Shown here one piece after another: positions 56,681-64,000 of a DNA stretch of 64,000 bases; position 1 is the first letter of the stretch, and each line of letters starts with the position of its first letter. The stretch covers positions 107,074,001 to 107,138,000 of the forward strand of contig NC_043005.1 of the NCBI RefSeq assembly GCF_006345805.1, written 5' to 3'. The position numbers were made by a program, and so were the translations under genes. Source of the stretch: Octopus sinensis (taxonomy: Eukaryota). The notes beneath the pieces are model-generated. The model saw nothing but the letters and a program-made list of their open reading frames with translations. It did no database searches and had not been told where the DNA came from.

Positions 56681-58454
56681 ATACCAGACACCAATACATC
56701 AAAACGCACTAAATAACCTCAGACGTTTAGGAAGCACTTTATAAATACACGGTCAATTCACTGTTTACAATATTGAGCTAATCCTACATATGGTACCGGA
56801 TTACATGCGGCTTCATGGTGTTTTTGATAAATGCTTTGAGGTTAGGAGTCACTCCAAACTTGGTATATATTATATTATATGGGGTTACGCTTTGTTCCTT
56901 ACTTCAAATACGAATGATAATTATGATGCTATGATGTTTTAAATGTCATTGCAGACACACAGATGGTGGGTTCGTGCTAGAACCCTGAACACTGATGTTC
57001 AAAACATGTATCTACGTCTGTGTTTTCCTATGTATACTTCAATCATTATACATGGTGAATAGCGATTGAAAGGATATTTGGCAGTTCCTTATGGCAGAAA
57101 CAGAGATGAATGCTATGGAAGGAGATATTTCTTAGTAATTGGGGCAGCGGCAGAGGGGGGCTGTGTGACCATAATGGCGGCGATGGTGTTAGACACGATT
57201 TTAGGGTCCGAGAAGAATTGCAGAGTAATATAAACTTCAATGATGTCGAGAGCTGAGATGATGGTAGTGCTAGGACTGTTGCGTGTTGGTATGAAGATGC
57301 TTGCTTTTAATATTGTTGAAGAAATGAAAAGTATACATGAATGAGCTTGAGGAATGGAATAAGATAAAGGCAGAGAAAAGAGAGATAAAGATTGAGAGTC
57401 AAATGGAATGAAATACAACAAACAGAATATTGCTCGTCAACTGGGAATATGTTGGATGAAAACATGGAAACATGCGAAACGAAGACAACAGTAAGAGACA
57501 AGGTTAGAGGCAGGGAAAAAAGAAGAAAGGTTGTATGAGAAAATAGGAGAAGTGGAGAGAAACAAAGAAAGGAAATGCTATATATGAGCAGTTTTTCTTT
57601 TTACCTGTCGTTAATAAAATGTTGAGGTGTATACCAAAATTACTTCTATTTCATTGCAGGCCATTTCTTTTAGTGATGAATTCAAGAAATGATAACGGCT
57701 TCTAGATGAGATTTTAAGCAGATTAATCTCTATATTTCTACAACATTCGTACTCCTTTTCACTTACGACATATTTGCATGGTTAAACTGATGGTTTTTCA
57801 GTAACTTTCGAGTTAGTGACGTTTATATATATGCTACTATAAACATATATACACCTGTATTCAGGTGCTTGTGAATGAATATATATTGTTAGTGAAGGAA
57901 GTAGAATTACTCTGGGATTAGCGATCTTTATACATTCTTAGCGTATTCTATTGAAAAGCATCTAAGCTGCAGTATTCGTCTCGAGAAAATATCCCTATTA
58001 GAGGTAGAGCGTTAGAACATAAAAATACCAGCACCAAGCAAAGATTGGCCGGCATTGGCGGTGAAATTGTTGGGTCCGGATTTCTGCTTCTTTTGGCTTC
58101 ATCAGCTTCAGATATTCATGACATCTCAGGTGAATTGAACACTAGATCAAAGGTCACTGATATATTCATGAAGACTGGATTAATAAATGAACACAAAATG
58201 TTTAGCCTGTGTATACGAATGTTAACACTCAGGTGTTGGAAGTTGTGCATACATTGATTGATTGATGCGATATATGTACTTTGTATGTGACCAATGTTCA
58301 GTGTGTGAAAATGTAATGCATGCATAAATCCTGTCACAATATCTCGTAACTTCTTAACACAAGAAATGAGGGTGAAAGCGTGAGAGAGATGAATCCAGGA
58401 GGAGACAATTCGGACTAACGCTTGCTTAGAATCACCAGCATCTGTAATCGAATC

Positions 58455-59578
58455 AATGAAAATACCACTGCTCACATACAGTGATATGTTGAAGGAAACC
58501 AGCTGGATCTACCTGAAACATTGTCAGTAATGGAATCTACCTGGTTCCCGATTGATCAGGTGACAAACGACGTGGCACCCACTGAGATAGATACCTTCGC
58601 CATGCCAAGTTCAATGTGCAGAATATTCACAACTATCTCAATGGATATGCTAATAAAACTGGCTATTTAATTTATAGTCAATCATATGTTATTCATCACC
58701 ACGAGGTGAACGCGATCTATATTTTCCTCGGTGGTAACAGTTTCAGGACACCCAGATCATGGGACATCTTCATGATTCTCCCTTCCCCTCCTGAATTCAG
58801 GTATCCACTTTTGTGCTGTCGATGAAAATAGAGTTTCATCCACTAATGTAACAAATACTTCAGCATGAATGTCCTTGTGCGCTAAACACTTTTCCTGCAG
58901 ATACTTCATAAGACCATTTACCGCAACTCCTCGAGTATAGTCCGCCCTTGAGTATAATACCCAGGGGATTTTTAGAGGACTGAGCCTCTGAAAAGCCTAA
59001 ACCTTGTGTATAATACGCACCCCTTCCCTAACTTGAGTCAAGTAGGTGTATATAACAGAATGCAAACGTGTTGCTTTTTTGTGCATTTTGTTAGCAGAAA
59101 ATAAAGAAATAACACTAATAACAATAATAACGTTTAATAAATGTTGCTTACTGCAAGTTATGAATGATTCTTGTATGACTTCATTGCTTTCAGGCTTAGC
59201 TTAAGGTATTTTCACGCCCGACATCACAAAATGCGTCTGAATAAAAATTACGGGACAGCAAATAGAGACTCGGACATTGCTTAGAAAATATTTTTCAGTT
59301 TTAACTTCGTATATAGTACGCACTAGAGCTTGTGATCGTTAGATTTTGGGAAAAAATGCGGATTATACTCGAGGATTTACGGTAATCTAAATTTTGTCCA
59401 TTTTCAAGAGAATTCGTAACCAGTTACTTTTGAAATTCTCTTTGAAGAGTCAGATATAAGTTTACTTGGAAAGAAAGAAAGCCATTATTAATAAGAGTTA
59501 AGATTAATACATGCAAGATATCACAGCTCTAGAATCACTCTTTCCCAAACAGCCTTGTGAATTTTCAACCCAATCTCG
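58455..59578 (-). mobile_element. Mariner 5' half (left TIR, ATG at 59401, transposase N-terminus to just past WVPR), interrupted by a MITE
   Basis: MDKI...MKYLQEK...HKDIHAE...QKWIPEFRRGRENHED..SG.P.T.TTEENIDRVH...ELGM.KVS.WVPRRLSPDQ; TIR 59549-59578 followed by TA. Confidence 0.9.
58921..59382. mobile_element. pogo/Tigger-type MITE with TA target-site duplication
   Basis: TA|ccgcaactcctcgagtatagtccgc ... gcggattatactcgaggatttacgg|TA; the termini including TA match at 24/27. Confidence 0.9.
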
Positions 59579-59589
59579 TAGATTCATAT

Positions 59590-59798
59590 ATGGGTGGATG
59601 GTTAAGAACCTCGTATTACAACCACGTGGTTTCAAGTTCAGTCCCATTGTACCGTATCGGGTCAAGCAGTGTATTCTGAAATCTAAATTGGGTAGACAGG
59701 AATTATATGGAAGTTACTCGTTTATATTTATATATATTTTTATTTTTATTTATTTCATCTAGTTTCAGCTCAAGCTGTGGCCATGCTGGGGCACCGCC
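59590..59798. mobile_element. CORE-type SINE fragments: degenerate plus head (59590-59710) and minus tail end (59750-59798)
   Basis: 'aagttcagtcccattg', 'gggtagacagg' and 'gtggccatgctggggcaccgcc'. Confidence 0.6.
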
Positions 59799-59834
<36 letters not shown>

Positions 59835-59835
<1 letters not shown>

Positions 59836-59964
59836 ACGGGAAAGTTTACGAAAATAAACAAAAGACGAAGGCAGGTGGAGTACAAACAAGCAAATGTATT
59901 AGTATGGCGCTCAGGAACAGAAATAGAACAGGTCTTTTACGTTTCGAGCCTACGCTTTTCGACA
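59835..59964 (-). mobile_element. (TA)n-flanked Penelope-like terminal fragment with partial hammerhead
   Basis: Minus: tgtcga-aaagcgtaggctc-GAAAC-GTA-aaagac; direct copy at 61336-61456. Confidence 0.55.
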
Positions 59965-59996
59965 TATATATGTATATATATATATGTATATTGTTA

Positions 59997-60430
59997 TATT
60001 TCGGAATGGTCATATTGCCAGTTTAGCCAATAAAAACACACGCACTATATATTTGGTGTTATTTTGCTTCAGTGTTATTTATTTTTTACATTAATCTTAA
60101 TCTTATTTCGGCCATAGAGATATAAGCATGCGCAAATGAAAACATACAATATAAATACAAAATGGCTGACGGTTAGTAAGGAGAGACACAAATAAGAAAG
60201 AAGAAAACAAAGGACCACTGATGCGGTCACAGGAGTGTGACGAAAGAACTCTGGCCGAAATAAGATTAAGATTAATGTAAAAAATAAATATCACTGAAGC
60301 AAAATAACACCAAATATATAGTGCGTGTGTTTTTATTGGCTAAACTGGCAATATGACCATTCCGAAATAGACGATATCTGTTTCAACACACGACTTCACA
60401 TAAAAAATCTTGCACAACAAATATTTAACG
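59997..60430 (+). mobile_element. Penelope-like unit with 118-bp inverted arms (59997-60114 and 60252-60369)
   Basis: Arms match at 117/118; the 137-nt spacer contains a hammerhead-like motif. Confidence 0.75.
60215..60254 (+). ncRNA. Minimal hammerhead-like motif, variant core (A9 replaced by CG)
   Basis: cca-CTGATG-cg-gtcac aggagt gtgac-GAAA-gaac-TC-tgg; CUC site after 60251. Confidence 0.5.
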
Positions 60431-60435
60431 TATAC

Positions 60436-60501
<66 letters not shown>

Positions 60502-60569
60502 TAATATATATATAATATATATACATAGGTTTGTGTGTGTGGTTCTGTGTGGTGTCTGGTTGTGTGCTG

Positions 60570-60780
60570 TGTGTTTATCTTTCTGTATGTGTTTGTCCCT
60601 CCACCATCGCTTGACAATTTGTGTCACTTAGCGATTCGGTAAAAGGAAGCCGACTGAACGAGTACCATACTTGAAGGTATATACTAAGGTCGATTTTTTT
60701 CCCACTGACCTCTTCAAAGTGGTGCACTAGCATAGCCGCTATCCAGTGACTAGGACAAATAAAATATTGTCTATGTTGAA
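60570..60780 (+). mobile_element. CORE-type SINE tail half
   Basis: 'gtgtttgtccctccaccatcgcttgacaa...cttagcgattcggtaaaagg...gtggtgcactagcatagccgc'. Confidence 0.7.
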
Positions 60781-61266
60781 ATGTGAGAGCATATTTATGT
60801 ATATTTATATCTTCCTTTCTTTCCATCTGTATGTCCGTCGGTGTGCATTGATAGATGTATGGATATAAAGACAAAACCTATGGCCTGAGGTTAGAGTGTT
60901 TATCTCGTTATAATAAACTCAATGGTTCACTTCTTGGATCGGGTGTCACGCTGTTTCTTTGAGCAAGGTGGTACTTACGTGCTCTCGCCACTCTCTGAAT
61001 AGATACGTTATTCAAGCCAATGATCTTTAAAAGGGAGCATCCCCAAGCAATGGCAGTCTCCGCAACATCTCTCTGGTTGTCACATCCTGATCTGTGTCAA
61101 GAGTTATGGTGTCGAGAGGGTGGGTGAGTGTTTCTGCTCGCCACTACACAAGCATTATGACAATCATAGAAAGCATAATACACATTATCAATTCATATTC
61201 GCTATTTGCGTGCAACGAATGGCTAGTCTTATACATATATACCTATATGTCTGCCTACAAATATGC

Positions 61267-61335
<69 letters not shown>

Positions 61336-61336
<1 letters not shown>

Positions 61337-61456
61337 ACGGGAAGGTTTACGAAAATAAACAAAAGACAAAGACAGGTGGAGTACAAACAAACAAATGTAT
61401 TAGTATGGCGCTAAGGAATAGGAATAGAACAAGTCTTTTACGCTTCGAGCCTACGC
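61336..61456 (-). mobile_element. Second copy of the 59835-59964 fragment
   Basis: Shared 'acggga.gtttacgaaaataaacaaaagac...gtcttttacg.ttcgagcctacgc'. Confidence 0.8.
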
Positions 61457-61544
61457 ATACGCATATACACATACATGTATGTATATATATATATAGATAT
61501 ATATACACATCTGTATATATACATATATATATATACAAATATGT

Positions 61545-61585
<41 letters not shown>

Positions 61586-62199
61586 CATACATATATATAT
61601 ACATATATATACATATATATATGTATATATATGTGCGTGCATATATGTATGTATGTATGCCTATATACAGATGTATGTACATACATATCCGTTTTATGTG
61701 ACATGAGAACATTTTGTACGTATAGAATTACAGTCGCAGATTACGTACTAGCTTACCTACATGCATGTAAACAATGTAGATGCGCTACATGTCCGATGTG
61801 AAAGTACATGTTTGTGCCATGTGGTCTTCGTGTTTGTGTGTGACGTAGAAATGATTGCACGCGTCTCTTTCTGCATGTGTGTCTAAAACGTCGAAAACTT
61901 GGTTGAGAGGCTAGCACTAGCAGAGATTTGGAACCACTAATAATGAAAGGAATTATAATGAGCTGAGGCAATTTTACATCTTTGTAAGTAAAGTAGATGG
62001 CCATAGAATATTACAAAACGTTTGAGTTTTATGACTACGTGAATATATATATATATATGGTTTTATCTGCATGTATACGTTGTATTATTATGCATAATAT
62101 ATATATATATATATATATATACGCATGCGCGAGAGCGTTTCTATAAATCCGTACATATAATATACTCATATATATGTGAATACATGTGTATGAGAGTAT

Positions 62200-62296
62200 G
62201 TGTATGTGTATCTATCTATCTATCTATCTATCTATATATATATATAAATTTATCTACCTATCCATCCCATCTATCTATCTATCTATCTATCTATCG

Positions 62297-62338
<42 letters not shown>

Positions 62339-62477
62339 ATATATATATATTATGATATGATAGCTGCCACCTCGTATCGAGTATATATATATAGATAATA
62401 TATATATATCTGATATATTATATATATATATAATATCTATCTATATATATATATAATATATAATATATATATATTTA

Positions 62478-62509
<32 letters not shown>

Positions 62510-62560
62510 TATATAATATATATAATATATATATATAATATATATTATATATATGTGTGT
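62200..62560. repeat. (TCTA)n and (AT)n
   Basis: Direct reading. Confidence 0.95.
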
Positions 62561-63135
62561 GTATGTATATGTATTGATATGCTTGCACACATATGCTCTG
62601 TGTGTGCTTGCGCGTGTGCGTCTGTGTGTGATTACGTTTGCGCATGTGTACGAACGCTTGCGTATGTGTCATAGCACTTCTGCGTATATGCGCTTATTTT
62701 CGTGTAAAGATTTGCTACACATTTCCATATATGTGAATGTTTGCGTGTGTAGTATGAATTTTTTATGTCTCAGTTTTTGGTATATAATTACATGCATCGC
62801 TTTGTCATGGTATGTATATTTCTACGTCAGAGAGTGTTTATATATATTTACGTCCGTGTATGTATATATGTGTCTATGTCCGTACGTATGTGCGAACCTA
62901 CGTACTCACACGTGTACGGACGTATATATGTATTTATGTATGTTGATAGTGTTTCTTTTATATTAATGTATTCATCAGTCAGGCTATCTGAATTGATGTA
63001 AACATTTATACATTAGATTATTTTTCCAGCCATTAAACTTACGGTGACCTTACGAGGTCAAACACTGTCAAATAAATATGTAATTGACTCTGTGTATATG
63101 TAATATATTTGTAGGTGTTATATATAAATGTTTAT

Positions 63136-63181
<46 letters not shown>

Positions 63182-63246
63182 AATTCATATATATGTATAT
63201 AAATTCATATATATGCATATATATTATTGTATATATATAATTCAAG

Positions 63247-63284
<38 letters not shown>

Positions 63285-63902
63285 CATGAATGCATATATA
63301 TATGTATGTATCTATAATATATGAATATGTATGCATGTGTTTGTGTCTATAAATACATACACAGACACAGACATGCACACATTTGTATGAACACACACAT
63401 GTGGATTTGAGTGTATATATCTATAGATATCAATTAAATATACATATTGTATATAATATATATACACACACACATGTACACACCCACACACACATATGAA
63501 TACATCTGTCATAAGATGCATCTGTCATATGGGCCAACATTTTCCTGTCATGCACTGATATTTATCATATTAGATTTGCATAATCATACATTTATCTGTC
63601 TAGCTATCTAAACAACTCACTTCTTTTTATCTATCTCTACTCCCCTGTTTGCTCAGCTGAAAAAGCTATCATTCAGTCTTTGTATGTTTCTATCTGTCTA
63701 TCTCCCTCTCTCTCTCTATGTCGTTCTCTATCTATCCGTCTCTCTATTTAACGTCTGCTAGTCTGTCTGTCTGTTTACCTGTCGTCTGCCATCTGTATGG
63801 AACTTGCCACAAACGCATTTTTTTTGCTTTTGTCTCTTTCTAGGAATCGAGACATGTCTTTATTTCTGATACTGTCTATCGGGTCATAAAGTCTCTCTCA
63901 AC

Positions 63903-63904
<2 letters not shown>

Positions 63905-63970
<66 letters not shown>
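63905..63970. repeat. (CT)n
   Basis: Direct reading. Confidence 0.95.
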
Positions 63971-63972
<2 letters not shown>

Positions 63973-64000
63973 ATCTATCTCCCATTTTATATACATCTAT

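Noticed and set aside
57046-57500. LINE endonuclease remnant (FIPTRNSPSTTIISALDII)
   Set aside because: Only one weak motif; cannot be supported without an HMM search
58116-58475. GPCR-like ORF (SFINPVF)
   Set aside because: Only 119 aa, no seven-helix pattern, and it abuts a mariner break; sequence left unassigned
60370-60400. Second hammerhead on the minus strand (GAAAC agatatc GTC)
   Set aside because: No CUGANGA core, no stem II and no stem I

Overview
AT-rich eukaryotic non-coding DNA, saturated with microsatellites and transposon debris. The SINE, LINE and mariner families look like those of octopus; this is my recognition, not a database result. No convincing host protein-coding gene is visible, and almost all ORFs in the track are microsatellite translations. 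Recognisable content: three tRNA-headed SINE families (20+ copies or fragments), RTE and CR1-like LINE remnants, and a cluster of (TAA)n-embedded R4/Dong-like RLE retrotransposon sequences (19.4-23.2 kb). There are also two mariner fragments (one split by a pogo/Tigger-type MITE) and a probable non-autonomous Helitron. The most interesting signal is a set of short units, several bracketed by inverted arms, carrying hammerhead-ribozyme-like motifs of the Penelope-element type. These include a U3-A8 compensatory core (16261-16307), a canonical core (26881-26933, minus) and a motif whose predicted cleavage site coincides with the edge of a 117/118 inverted repeat (60215-60369). A 94-bp SINE fold-back and a 333-codon Asp/Gly-rich ORF in a higher-order triplet satellite are also notable.
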